Source of the DNA: Microcoleaceae cyanobacterium
Lineage (GTDB): Bacteria; Cyanobacteriota; Cyanobacteriia; Cyanobacteriales; Microcoleaceae
Assembly: GCA_051652765.1 (NCBI GenBank)
Contig: JBOFUV010000133.1
Coordinates: 38,322-102,321, forward strand
Length of the DNA: 64,000 bases
Direction of reading: 5' to 3'
In this document: piece by piece, positions 20,468 to 30,458 of the stretch
How positions within the stretch are numbered: the stretch's first letter is position 1
Layout of the letters: each line of letters begins with the position of its first letter
The notes under the pieces: generated by a model
What the model saw: only the letters and a program-made list of their open reading frames with translations
Database searches by the model: none
What the model was told of the DNA's origin: nothing
Translations under genes and position numbers: made by a program

Positions 20468-21484
20468 TCAAGGGATTCGTTGTAGGGCCTGAGCGAGGGC
20501 TTGGCTAACCCATTGATTCCCTGCAGGGCTGAGATGGATGTGATCTCGGTAAAGGCTTTGAGGGTGAGTTGTGGCGTTCAGTGGATCGAGAAAGTCGATA
20601 TAAAAAATCTGTTCTACTTGGGTCAAATCTTTCAAGCGGTGGCGAGCTTTGATCTCATAGTCCCTGGGGCCGGGTTCCCCCAGCTCTCGCAACAGGGGGG
20701 TCATGGCTAAGATAAACTCAGCCCGGTTTTGGGTGGCGATCGCCCGAATCTGTTGAATTGCGTCTAGGTTGAGTCCAACTAAGTCTTGAGGCTGGGGTTC
20801 TGCCGGAGGTGGAACGGGTTGAGATTTAGCAAAGTAGCGCTTGAAAACCTCAATGACCGCTAAAGCGGGCTTGTGATCAGGGTAGTTGCGATCGCGCCCG
20901 ACAATTCCAGGATTAGGTCTACCTGCAAATAAATCATCTGTGTTAATCAAGAGCACAATCACTTGGGCCTGGAATGTGCCGAAATGTTGTAGATAGGCAA
21001 GTTGGTTGGGGGGGCCCCAAGAGTTGGCGGAGGCATTGAGGACTTCTATAAAATGCAACGGGTCTTGAAGATTTAATCGTTCTAAGCTTGGTTTCAAGCC
21101 TGGTTTCAAGTGTTGTTGTAGGTGTTGTTTCAAGTGTTGTTGTAAGTCAAAACTCAAGGTTAACTGCTGTTCTAGCAAGGCCGAGAGGGTTTCTGACTGA
21201 TCAGTCCACCAAGCTCCATTGACAATCGAATCCCCCAAAAGTAAAACCCTGAGGGTGGAAGCCTGAGGTGAGGGAGAAATACTCCCACTTCGCATAGAAT
21301 ATTCATTAATGGCGATCCGATTGCCAAATCGACGAGTCTTTTGGGAGGGAGCTAATAGGTATCCAATCTCTGGATCTGCTAAGTACAATAGGGGACTGCC
21401 AAAGCCAAACAGCAGCCGCAAGCCTATTTCAAGGGCGATCGCCAATCCAATCAGCAAAATTCCAATCACTAGGGCAGCTTTCAC
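20468..21484 (-). CDS. SGNH/GDSL hydrolase with an N-terminal membrane anchor
   Basis: LLGDS, NAS.NSWG, NTDD and DHIH blocks; contains an LQQH/LKQH 12-nt repeat insert. Confidence 0.85.
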   Translation of the reverse strand: MKAALVIGILLIGLAIALEIGLRLLFGFGSPLLYLADPEIGYLLAPSQKTRRFGNRIAINEYSMRSGSISPSPQASTLRVLLLGDSIVNGAWWTDQSETLSALLEQQLTLSFDLQQHLKQHLQQHLKPGLKPSLERLNLQDPLHFIEVLNASANSWGPPNQLAYLQHFGTFQAQVIVLLINTDDLFAGRPNPGIVGRDRNYPDHKPALAVIEVFKRYFAKSQPVPPPAEPQPQDLVGLNLDAIQQIRAIATQNRAEFILAMTPLLRELGEPGPRDYEIKARHRLKDLTQVEQIFYIDFLDPLNATTHPQSLYRDHIHLSPAGNQWVSQALAQALQRIP

Positions 21485-21686
21485 TACAATGCCTTCAATG
21501 AACCTTCCTTCAGAAGGTTATCAGTCATGGGGAGCAGTTACCGATAAAATTTTAGATGTATGTTTTGTGTACGTTTGATATGCAGTTTCAAGCGGCTGAT
21601 TTTAAGACCAACCTATTTTCTCTGAATTTGAGTTTGCACTCAGTTGGGTTAATAGCTCAGGCATTTTGTGGGCTGAAGGGAAACCT

Positions 21687-22556
21687 GTGAACTTAGAGCA
21701 AATCTTTAAAACTGATCATCCCGTTATTGGTGTCGTCCATCTTTTGCCACTCCCAACCTCTCCACGTTGGGGAGGGAATCTTCGTGAAGTGATTGACCGA
21801 GCCGAACAGGAAGCCACCGCTCTTGCTTCGGGTGGCGTGAATGGCATCATTGTAGAAAACTTTTTTGATGCCCCCTTTGCCAAAGATCAGGTCAATCCGG
21901 CAGTGATTAGTGCAATGACCTTGATTGTGCACCGCTTGATGAACTTGATCACTCTGCCCATCGGTGTAAATGTTCTCCGCAATGATGCCCATAGCGGGTT
22001 GGCGATCGCCGCTTGTACAGAGGCCCAATTTATCCGAGTCAACGTTCTGAATGGGGTCATGGCCACGGATCAAGGGCTAATTGAGGGCAATGCTCATCAA
22101 TTGCTCCGGTATCGGCGGGAGTTGGGGTGTGATGTTAAAATTCTAGCTGACGTATTGGTCAAACACGGTCGCTCCTTAAGTACTCCAAATATCACTACCG
22201 CCGTGGTTGAAACTGCCGAACGCGCCTTAGCCGATGGGGTGATCTTATCCGGTTGGGCCACGGGACATCCCCCGAGTTTAGAAGATCTAGAACTAGCCTG
22301 TGCGGCAGCAGGAAGTACTCCAGTTTTCATTGGCAGTGGTGCAACCTGGGAAAACATTCCAAAACTAATTCAAGCTGCGAATGGGGTGATCGTTTCAAGT
22401 TCCCTCAAGCGTCATGGGCGAATTCACCAACCGATTGATCCCAGTCGGGTTCAGCAGTTTGTTGAGGCTATGGGTCGAGGTCTTGCTGCCCCAGAACGGT
22501 ATCAAGACTGGCCCATTCAGCCAGAAAAAGCCCAAGTGCCATTCAAGAATTCTTAA
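21687..22556 (+). CDS. btpA: Photosystem I biogenesis protein BtpA
   Basis: IGVVHLLPLP, VENFFDAPF, GVNVLRND, ADVLVKH and IVSSSLK motifs; GTG at 21687 preferred. Confidence 0.9.
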   Translation: MNLEQIFKTDHPVIGVVHLLPLPTSPRWGGNLREVIDRAEQEATALASGGVNGIIVENFFDAPFAKDQVNPAVISAMTLIVHRLMNLITLPIGVNVLRNDAHSGLAIAACTEAQFIRVNVLNGVMATDQGLIEGNAHQLLRYRRELGCDVKILADVLVKHGRSLSTPNITTAVVETAERALADGVILSGWATGHPPSLEDLELACAAAGSTPVFIGSGATWENIPKLIQAANGVIVSSSLKRHGRIHQPIDPSRVQQFVEAMGRGLAAPERYQDWPIQPEKAQVPFKNS

Positions 22557-22564
22557 GGCTTTCC

Positions 22565-23737
22565 CTAGCTATAACGAATCCCTGCGGCTTTCATCCGTTG
22601 AATGGCTTGCTGAATTTTGTCTTCAGGAGTAGTTAAAGTCATTCTGACAAAACCCTCTCCTGCTTTGCCGTAGCCATTTCCAGGAGGCACAACAATCCCA
22701 CAAGTCTCAAGCAACAGCGTCACAAATTCCATTGAAGTATATCCTGCTGGCACGGGAACCCAAAGATACAACGTTGCTTTGGGAGGGTCAATGGCCCATC
22801 CCAGGGACTTTAATCCATTGACGAGAACATCCCGGCGATGTTGGTAGACCCCAGTCAGGGCTGCCAAATCCTGTGCTGAGGTTGAAAATGCAGTGATGGC
22901 AGCCTGTTGAATTGCTTTAAACACCCCTGAGTCAACATTGCTTTTCACCTGACTCAAGCCTTGAATGCCAATCGCATTCCCCACAACAAAGCCAATCCGC
23001 CAACCTGTCATATTGTAGGACTTCGATAGGCTGTGAAATTCTAGGGCAATCTCTCTAGCGCCCGGAACTTGCAACACACTGGGCGATCGGTAGCCATCAT
23101 AGGTAATTTCAGAGTAAGCATGATCATGACAAAGCAAGATATTGTAAGTCTTGCAAAACTCAACCATTTCAGCAAAATCCTTCAGGGTTGCGACTGCCCC
23201 GGTCGGGTTATTGGGATAGTTGACCCAAAGCAGTTTGGCATTCTGAGCAACGGCTTCTGGAATGACCGTCAGATCCAGGAGAAAACCGTTTTCAGCCGTT
23301 AACGGAATCGGATAGGGCTCTCCCCCGGCAAATAAAGTTGACGTTCGGTAGACGGGATAACCCGGATCAGGAACTAATACCAAATCCCCTTCCTGAACAA
23401 AGGCTAAAGCCGTGTTGTGAATGGCTTCTTTGGAACCGATGGAAGAAATTGCCTCTGTTTCTGGATCAAGCCCCATGACCCCAAAGCGACGCTCCATCCA
23501 ATCAACGACAGCTTGACGGTACGGCTGAATTCCTCGTTGGGGAGGATAATTGTGAGTTTCAGGAGACGCAATTGCCGCCTGCATTGCTTCAATAATTGGT
23601 CGTAGCGTGGGCTGATCTGGATCACCAATGGCCATATCAATCAGATCTACGCCTTGAGCCAGTAGCTGCTGTCGTTTTTGATTAATTTCCGTGAATAGAT
23701 ACGGTGGAATTTTCTCAAGGCGCTTTGCAAACTCCAT
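22565..23737 (-). CDS. dapL: Class I/II PLP aminotransferase, LL-diaminopimelate aminotransferase-like
   Basis: NYPNNPTG, DHAY and SLSKSYNMTGWRIG motifs; substrate is inferred. Confidence 0.75.
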   Translation of the reverse strand: MEFAKRLEKIPPYLFTEINQKRQQLLAQGVDLIDMAIGDPDQPTLRPIIEAMQAAIASPETHNYPPQRGIQPYRQAVVDWMERRFGVMGLDPETEAISSIGSKEAIHNTALAFVQEGDLVLVPDPGYPVYRTSTLFAGGEPYPIPLTAENGFLLDLTVIPEAVAQNAKLLWVNYPNNPTGAVATLKDFAEMVEFCKTYNILLCHDHAYSEITYDGYRSPSVLQVPGAREIALEFHSLSKSYNMTGWRIGFVVGNAIGIQGLSQVKSNVDSGVFKAIQQAAITAFSTSAQDLAALTGVYQHRRDVLVNGLKSLGWAIDPPKATLYLWVPVPAGYTSMEFVTLLLETCGIVVPPGNGYGKAGEGFVRMTLTTPEDKIQQAIQRMKAAGIRYS

Positions 23738-23813
23738 GGCGATCGATACAACATGCTGCAGGGCTACAGTAGAATTTCTCTCATCATACTACTGTAGCCC
23801 TGACTCAAGAAAC

Positions 23814-24008
23814 CTAAGAACTAGGGACAAGCTTAATCCGTCCTGCGTCCATTTCCTCCATTAACAGTTCTAGTGCTTCATAGTCAGTGTCGGAAATGTA
23901 ACCCAATCGAGTGAGTTCTGAGTTGATTTCATCTTCAATCTCAGGAGTTAGACGCTTAACATAGAGCGCTTTTGAAACCAGCTTTCGAATAATATTGGTG
24001 GCAACCAT
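23814..24008 (-). CDS. Small conserved cyanobacterial hypothetical protein (64 aa)
   Basis: Helical amphipathic pattern; GGAG RBS upstream of the ATG. Confidence 0.75.
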   Translation of the reverse strand: MVATNIIRKLVSKALYVKRLTPEIEDEINSELTRLGYISDTDYEALELLMEEMDAGRIKLVPSS

Positions 24009-24085
24009 ACTTTATCTGAACAACTCCGCTTAATCTAATTCTCTAACGAGTCCCTAGTCTGATTTGTGATCCAAACCTAAAATTT

Positions 24086-24105
24086 AAAGTGATTTCAGTC
24101 ACTTT
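24086..24105. promoter_or_regulatory. CRP/FNR-family-like operator
   Basis: Perfect palindrome AAAGTGA-N6-TCACTTT about 78 bp upstream of the 64-aa gene. Confidence 0.55.
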
Positions 24106-24287
24106 TTTTTCACGATCTTGATTTGCAGCTATCCCAAATCAGTTGGGGAAAAACTAAAGAGAAGCTTGGGAAAAGTTCCTCAGAACGGGGAACATCCTTC
24201 ATCCCGTTTTAAAATTTGTTGGTGCAAATCTTTGATACAAATAGCTAGAGGGTTCTCTTCTTATTAGACATCACATCCTTTTTACAG

Positions 24288-24325
24288 GTTCTAATCTACA
24301 AGTTCTAATCTGCAAGTTCTAACCT
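24288..24325. repeat. Tandem repeat, about 2.7 x 14 bp (GTTCTAATCTRCAA)
   Basis: Read directly. Confidence 0.85.
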
Positions 24326-24655
24326 AGTCCACTTGAAGAACGAAAGCAGACTATAGCAATCCGGAATGATTTGTGAGAGTCTCAGTAGTGCAGACTCAAG
24401 CCTGTACAGACAAGATGCTACTCCAATTCTCAATCAAATCAAGTTCACAGTTAAGTCACATTCACATAAATCACGTTCACAATCAAATCAAGTTGGGTTC
24501 TGCAGGCTTGACACCAACTGAGACAGCCAATAACACGTTTAGTAGACCCCTTTCTGATCTGATGGTTGAGCTTGGGGACAAGTTAAACTGTAGTGATGGC
24601 TGGATTTGAGGAAGTTGTGACCGTCAACTATCGTACAACAATATCGTAAAGCGAG

Positions 24656-27385
24656 GTGAAATTAACCGTGGCAGTAGCAGTAGAAAAATTAATCACCCCC
24701 GATATTCATCAACCTGCCCGTTATTTAGGCAACGAACTCGGGGCTAAACACAAACCTTGGGACTCGGCTCAAGTCCGCTGGGCGTTGACCTATCCTGAAA
24801 TTTATGAAGTTGGGGCCTCTAACCTGGGGCACATTATTCTCTACAACATCCTCAATACCCAACCTCGGCAACTCTGCGATCGCGCCTATCTTCCGGCTCC
24901 AGATTTGGCAGAGAAACTGCGAGCCACTCAAACCCCTTTGTTTGCCGTTGAGTCCCGTCGGGCCTTGAGTGAGTTTGATATCCTGGGATTTAGCCTCAGC
25001 TACGAACTTGGGGCAACTAATATTCTAGAAATGTTGGATTTGGCAGGAATTCCCCTCACCTGGCAAGCACGTCAACAGGCTAATCGCAAAACCCCTTGGG
25101 GAGAGTTGCCGCTGATTTTTGCTGGGGGGCAGACCGCAACCTCCAATCCAGAACCCTACGCTGACTTCTTTGATTTTGTGGTGTTGGGGGATGGGGAAGA
25201 GCTACTGCCAGAAATTGGCCTTGTGCTTGAGGAAGGCAAAGCCCAGGGCCTGACCCGTGAGGCGCTGCTGCTGGACTTGGCTCAAGTGCCCGGTGTGTAT
25301 GTCCCTCAATTTTACGATATGGCCAAGGATGGCTCCGTCCACCCAAACCGTCTTGATGTTCCAGAGCGGATTTTGCGGCGGGTTGCAACCCCAATGCCGA
25401 CCTATTCTATCCGCATGGTGCCTCTGGTTGAAACGGTACATGACCGGTTAGTGATTGAGGTGCGGCGAGGTTGCACTAGGGGATGCCGGTTTTGTCAACC
25501 GGGAATGTTGACTCGTCCAGCTCGGGATGTGGAACCTGAACAGGTGATTTCAGCAATTGAGCAGGGCATGAAAGCTACTGGATACAATGAATTTTCCTTA
25601 CTGTCCCTGAGTTGTTCGGACTATTTGGCGTTGCCCAGTGTCGGCATTGAGCTAAAAAACCGTCTCAAGGATCAAAATATTTCTCTGTCCTTGCCCAGCC
25701 AACGGGTTGATCGCTTTGATGAAAATATTGCCAATATCATGGGGGGCAACCGTCCAGGAACCCTGACCTTTGCCCCAGAAGCCGGAACCCAGCGAATGCG
25801 GGATATTGTCAATAAAGGCTTAACCAATGCGGAACTCTTGCGAGGGGTCAAAACGGCTTACGACCAAGGATGGGACAGGGTGAAGCTGTACTTTATGATT
25901 GGGCTACCGGGGGAGACAGATGCTGATGTGATTGGCATTGTGGAAACCGTGAATTGGCTCCAACAGGAATGCCGCGCCGCCAAACGCAAGCGTCTAGAGG
26001 TGAATTTGACTATTTCCAACTTTACCCCCAAGCCCCATACGCCGTTTCAATGGCACTCCGTGTCTACCTCGGAGTTTAAACGCAAGCAAAACTTGTTGCG
26101 GGTAGAGTTTCGCCGGATGCGAGGGGTGAAAGTGAACTTTACTGATGTTCGAATTTCAGCCATGGAGGACTTTGTCGGACGGGGCGATCGCCGTTTAGCC
26201 CCTGTTATTCGACGAGCTTGGGAATTGGGAGCCGGGATGGATGCCTGGTGGGAAAGTCAGGATCGGGCCTTTGCTGCCTGGACACAAGCGATTGAGGAAG
26301 CCGGACTAAGCTGGAAGTACCGTCAAGTTGATCATGGCGAGTGGAATGTGATGGAGACCCCACTGGAAACTCAACAACCAGAGGCTATCAGTCAAGCATT
26401 GGCAGTAGCCGTAGAACCTGCCGATTCCCCCTTCCCGATTCCCCCCTCCCTCGATCGCCCCTTGCCTTGGGATCATCTGGATACGGGAATTGACAAAACC
26501 TGGCTGAAAGAGGACTTGCAGCGGGCACTAGATGCGGCTACGGTGCCAGACTGTTCCTTTGAAAGTTGTTCTCATTGTGGGGTGTGTGGGCTGGACTTTG
26601 GACACAACGTTGTTGTTGAACCCCCACCCATTCCACAATTCCTTGGCCATGGGGCTCCCGATGTGGAACGTGCCCAACGACTCCGAGTTTGGTTTGGCAA
26701 GAGTGGAGATATGGCTTTGGTGGGTCATTTGGATTTGATGAAACTGTTTGATCGAGCCATTCGCAGGGCAGAGTTGCCGGTTGCTTTTACATCGGGTTAC
26801 CATCCCGGCCCTCGGATCTCGGCTGCGAGTGCTCTGTCGCTGGGTGCAACTAGTTCAGGGGAAATCATGGACATTGAGTTGACAGAACGGCTACAACCAA
26901 GACACTTTTTGGAGAAACTGTCCACCTGTCTTCCTGGGACTGTGCCCCTGTATCGTGTAGAAGAGGTTGGTTTTCAATCCCCTTCTCTGGCTCAGGTGAT
27001 AGAGCGCATCGATCATCTGCTCTACGTTCAAGCAGTTCAGGCGGAGTTTTCCCTGCAGCAGTGGTCACTCTGGGTTGATCAGGTAAAAGCTTGTTCAGAA
27101 ATGTTGTGGGAGAAAACAACTAAATCTGGTAAACTCAAGGTCATCAATTTACGGGAACAACTCTTTGAATTGGAGGTTGTTGATCCGGCCTGCTGGCCCG
27201 CTGAATTGCCAAAACCCCTAGAGTTAGGAGTTGTTCTCTTGCGCTGTGTGGGTAGCTATCGCAACGATGGAACTCAGTTACGGCCTGAACAGGTGAAATA
27301 CATGCTAGAGCAATCCAGCCAACAAGAGATTTGTTTACTGCATGTGCATCGTCAGCAATTTATCTTGAAAACTTGCTCTGAATGA
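24656..27385 (+). CDS. TIGR03960-type radical SAM protein fused to a TIGR03936/DUF2344 domain
   Basis: CTRGCRFC, TFAPEAG and CSHCGVC motifs, C-terminal HLDLMKLFDRA domain; conserved position before rne. Confidence 0.88.
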   Translation: MKLTVAVAVEKLITPDIHQPARYLGNELGAKHKPWDSAQVRWALTYPEIYEVGASNLGHIILYNILNTQPRQLCDRAYLPAPDLAEKLRATQTPLFAVESRRALSEFDILGFSLSYELGATNILEMLDLAGIPLTWQARQQANRKTPWGELPLIFAGGQTATSNPEPYADFFDFVVLGDGEELLPEIGLVLEEGKAQGLTREALLLDLAQVPGVYVPQFYDMAKDGSVHPNRLDVPERILRRVATPMPTYSIRMVPLVETVHDRLVIEVRRGCTRGCRFCQPGMLTRPARDVEPEQVISAIEQGMKATGYNEFSLLSLSCSDYLALPSVGIELKNRLKDQNISLSLPSQRVDRFDENIANIMGGNRPGTLTFAPEAGTQRMRDIVNKGLTNAELLRGVKTAYDQGWDRVKLYFMIGLPGETDADVIGIVETVNWLQQECRAAKRKRLEVNLTISNFTPKPHTPFQWHSVSTSEFKRKQNLLRVEFRRMRGVKVNFTDVRISAMEDFVGRGDRRLAPVIRRAWELGAGMDAWWESQDRAFAAWTQAIEEAGLSWKYRQVDHGEWNVMETPLETQQPEAISQALAVAVEPADSPFPIPPSLDRPLPWDHLDTGIDKTWLKEDLQRALDAATVPDCSFESCSHCGVCGLDFGHNVVVEPPPIPQFLGHGAPDVERAQRLRVWFGKSGDMALVGHLDLMKLFDRAIRRAELPVAFTSGYHPGPRISAASALSLGATSSGEIMDIELTERLQPRHFLEKLSTCLPGTVPLYRVEEVGFQSPSLAQVIERIDHLLYVQAVQAEFSLQQWSLWVDQVKACSEMLWEKTTKSGKLKVINLREQLFELEVVDPACWPAELPKPLELGVVLLRCVGSYRNDGTQLRPEQVKYMLEQSSQQEICLLHVHRQQFILKTCSE

Positions 27386-28257
27386 CTCAGCTCATTAGGT
27401 ACTTTTAGCTTTCTTTGAAGATCTTTTGAAGATCTAGTGCTTAGGGATCGTCTTGTCCTGGGACTAATGCTATTATATGATCTATCTTAGGTTATTATGG
27501 CTAGGACACCTTTGACGAAAAGTTGCACCTGTGAGTGGCGCAGAGGGTGACTATACTTAGAGGCTCTCGGTGAATGCTCTGGTAACTTAAGCTATCAGTG
27601 ATCAAGTTTTTGCAGGGAAGTCAAGTTGACTTGTTCCTAAGTACTTTTTGAATTCGGTGGTCAGAGTTTTTTTAACTGTTTCTCAAGTTGCAGAACTTGT
27701 TTGATTTCAATTTAACGAAGGTATGATTTTCACCAGGGTTAGCTGTACAAGTTTACAGGGGCCAACTCTCAGGTTATAAGCTCTAAGTCCTAAGATTCTT
27801 CCGGTAAATTGAGATCCTTGATGTTCTGCAGCCTGTGCAGTTGTCTTTTAGGCGAAGACTATCCGAGCTTATAGTAGTACTCTTATTGTCAAGTGAGGAG
27901 GAAGGTTTTAGCATTAAGCGCCGATAATTTTAGCGAAATCTGTGTCTTTCTGATACGGTTTAGTGACTGGCTTAGTGAGTCAAACTCGGTCGTCAGGTTT
28001 ATTTGAAAACCTATCGACACCTTGATTTTTCTACTCTGTACAAGCATAGCTCTCAGCATTGTACAGATGACTAAAGAGATTGGTGGGGTTAAGTTGATCG
28101 GTTAGATTACGATTCAGCAGAACGTTTTTTTACCTGTTTGTTCAAGTCAACGTCCAAGGTACACGCAGCAGAGTTGCCTTGTGATTTGCAGCTTGTAAGT
28201 TGTGATTTGTGAGTTGCAACTTGTGAGTTAAAAAAAGTTTTGAAGGAATGATTTTAG
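27386..28257 (+). promoter_or_regulatory. Long non-coding leader of rne
   Basis: About 870 bp with no ORF of 60 aa or more; TATACT at 27552. Cyanobacterial rne genes have long autoregulatory 5' UTRs. Confidence 0.55.
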
Positions 28258-30414
28258 ATGTCGAAGCAGATTGTTATTGCCGAACAGCATCGAATTGCAG
28301 CGGTTTTCTCCGAAGATCAGATTCAAGAACTAGTAGTTGCAACTGGAAATCATCAGGTTGGGGATATCTATCTTGGAACGGTTGAAAATGTGTTGCCGGG
28401 AATTGATGCTGCGTTTGTGAATATTGGCGACAGTGAACGCAATGGATTTATTCATGTCTCTGATCTAGGCCCGCTTCGCCTGAAGCGGGACTCCGGATCA
28501 ATTACTGAATTGCTTGCGCCTCAGCAGAAAGTTCTAGTTCAGGTCATGAAAGAACCCACTGGCACAAAGGGGCCTCGGTTGACTGGAAATGTTTCATTGC
28601 CCGGTCGTTACTTGGTTTTGATGCCTTCAGGTCGAGGCGTTAATCTTTCTAGGCGCATTCGATCTGATAGTGAACGGAATCGCCTTCGGGCTTGGGCAAT
28701 TCTGATTAAGCCTGCTGGGATGGGATTGTTGGTGCGGACTGAAGCAGAAGGAATGGCAGAAGATGCCATTATTGAGGATTTGGAATCGCTACAGCGACAA
28801 TGGGAAATTATTCAGCAAGAAGCGAGTACTACTCGTCCTCCCGCCCTTCTCAATCGGGATGATGACTTTATCCAGCGCGTATTGCGGGATATGTACAGTA
28901 CTGAAGTGAATCGGATTGTGGTAGATTCCAGTGCCGGAGTCAAGCGAGTGAAGCAGCACTTGGTGACTTGGAGCATGGGAAAGGCACCTCTGGGAGTGTT
29001 GATTGATCATCATCGAGAGCGAGCCTCCATCTTGGAATACTTCCGAGTCAATGCAGCGATTCGAGAAGCCCTCAAACCCAGAGTAGATCTGCCGTCCGGA
29101 GGATACATTGTCATCGAACCCACAGAGGCGCTAACGGTGATTGATGTAAACTCGGGTTCCTTTACCCGTTCAGCAACGGCACGGGAGACAGTACTCTGGA
29201 CAAATAGCGAAGCGGCAACCGAGATTGCCCGTCAGCTTCGGTTACGGAATGTCGCTGGGGTGATCATTGTGGACTTCATTGATATGGATGCCCGTCGAGA
29301 TCAACTTCAAGTCTTAGAACACTTTACGAAGGTCTTGAAGGCAGACAAAGCCCGTCCCCAGATTTCCCAACTCTCAGAACTCGGGCTAGTTGAGCTGACT
29401 CGCAAACGTCAAGGTCAAAACATCTATGAGCTATTTGGTCGATCCTGCCAAACCTGCGGTGGATCGGGTCATCTCGTTCATCTTCCGGGAGAATCGGATC
29501 TCCAGATTGAGGAGTTGCCAGAACGTATATTGCCGGGGCGCAGTATTATTCCCTCCATTAGCTTGCCAGAAGGAACTGAACGTGAACGCTCTCCTCGCAT
29601 TGCCCCCTTAGATGTGACGGTCTATAGAGAAGAACCAGAAGTTTTGGAACTAGATGGTTCAGCAAATTTGCAGGAGTTGGATTTGCTGAATCATCCCAGT
29701 TATCAACCTGGCAATAACAATGCTCGCCGTCGTCGTCGTCGTCGGATTGGGGATGTGGATTCTCTGGTGCGGGAGGATGAGCCCGTTCGGAATAATCTTC
29801 GGGCAGGTATCAATCCTGTCTATCCGGAAGCACGGACTGAACCAGGGGGAATAGAAGTCCTCCCCAATCACCGAGGAGCCCCTCCTGAACGGGGTCGTTC
29901 TGGCAAGTCAGAGATTGCCAAAGCTCCTCCAGAACCGCCAGAGGTTCTGTCTATCGAAATGACCGAAGATGAGCAGCAGATGTACGCTTTGATGGGCATT
30001 TCCCCTTTAATCCTGTCGAATCAATCAGCTAAAAACCCCCGTAATGCAATTGTGACTGTTCGACTGCCTGGAGAACTGCCGCCCTCCGCGACTGCCTTGC
30101 TACAAGCAGATGATCCAGTCAAACCTTCCTTAGCAATAGTGCCAGACTCAGACGAGCTAGCCAACTTAGACTCAGAAAAGCTGGAGAACGACTTGCTTCT
30201 ATCAGACTTTGCTGAAGTAGAAGAGACTGAACCCTTAGATTCTGAACCCTTAGATGCTAAACTCTTGGACTCTGAGCCTTTAGATTCTGAACCCTTAGAT
30301 TCTGAACCCTCTGGCTTTGAGACGTTGGACATGGATGAGGAAGACAGAGATGACTTAGAAGACTTGTCATCAAGTCGTCGCCGTCGCCGTCGATCTTCTG
30401 CCACTCAAGACTAA
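28258..30414 (+). CDS. rne: Ribonuclease E/G
   Basis: S1 domain, IDVNSG, IIVDFIDM, CQTCGGSG Zn-link and the C-terminal RRRRRRSSA motif. Confidence 0.96.
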   Translation: MSKQIVIAEQHRIAAVFSEDQIQELVVATGNHQVGDIYLGTVENVLPGIDAAFVNIGDSERNGFIHVSDLGPLRLKRDSGSITELLAPQQKVLVQVMKEPTGTKGPRLTGNVSLPGRYLVLMPSGRGVNLSRRIRSDSERNRLRAWAILIKPAGMGLLVRTEAEGMAEDAIIEDLESLQRQWEIIQQEASTTRPPALLNRDDDFIQRVLRDMYSTEVNRIVVDSSAGVKRVKQHLVTWSMGKAPLGVLIDHHRERASILEYFRVNAAIREALKPRVDLPSGGYIVIEPTEALTVIDVNSGSFTRSATARETVLWTNSEAATEIARQLRLRNVAGVIIVDFIDMDARRDQLQVLEHFTKVLKADKARPQISQLSELGLVELTRKRQGQNIYELFGRSCQTCGGSGHLVHLPGESDLQIEELPERILPGRSIIPSISLPEGTERERSPRIAPLDVTVYREEPEVLELDGSANLQELDLLNHPSYQPGNNNARRRRRRRIGDVDSLVREDEPVRNNLRAGINPVYPEARTEPGGIEVLPNHRGAPPERGRSGKSEIAKAPPEPPEVLSIEMTEDEQQMYALMGISPLILSNQSAKNPRNAIVTVRLPGELPPSATALLQADDPVKPSLAIVPDSDELANLDSEKLENDLLLSDFAEVEETEPLDSEPLDAKLLDSEPLDSEPLDSEPSGFETLDMDEEDRDDLEDLSSSRRRRRRSSATQD

Positions 30415-30458
30415 TCCCTCGTCCAAGGTGGATTGAAAAAGGTGGATTGAAAGTTGCC

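Noticed and set aside
24373..24609. 78-aa ORF upstream of the radical SAM gene
   Set aside because: Runs through low-complexity TCAC/TCAA duplications and begins inside a dispersed repeat.
30021..30404. 127-aa antisense ORF with SKGSE repeats
   Set aside because: Reverse complement of the RNase E EPLDS repeat and Arg tract.
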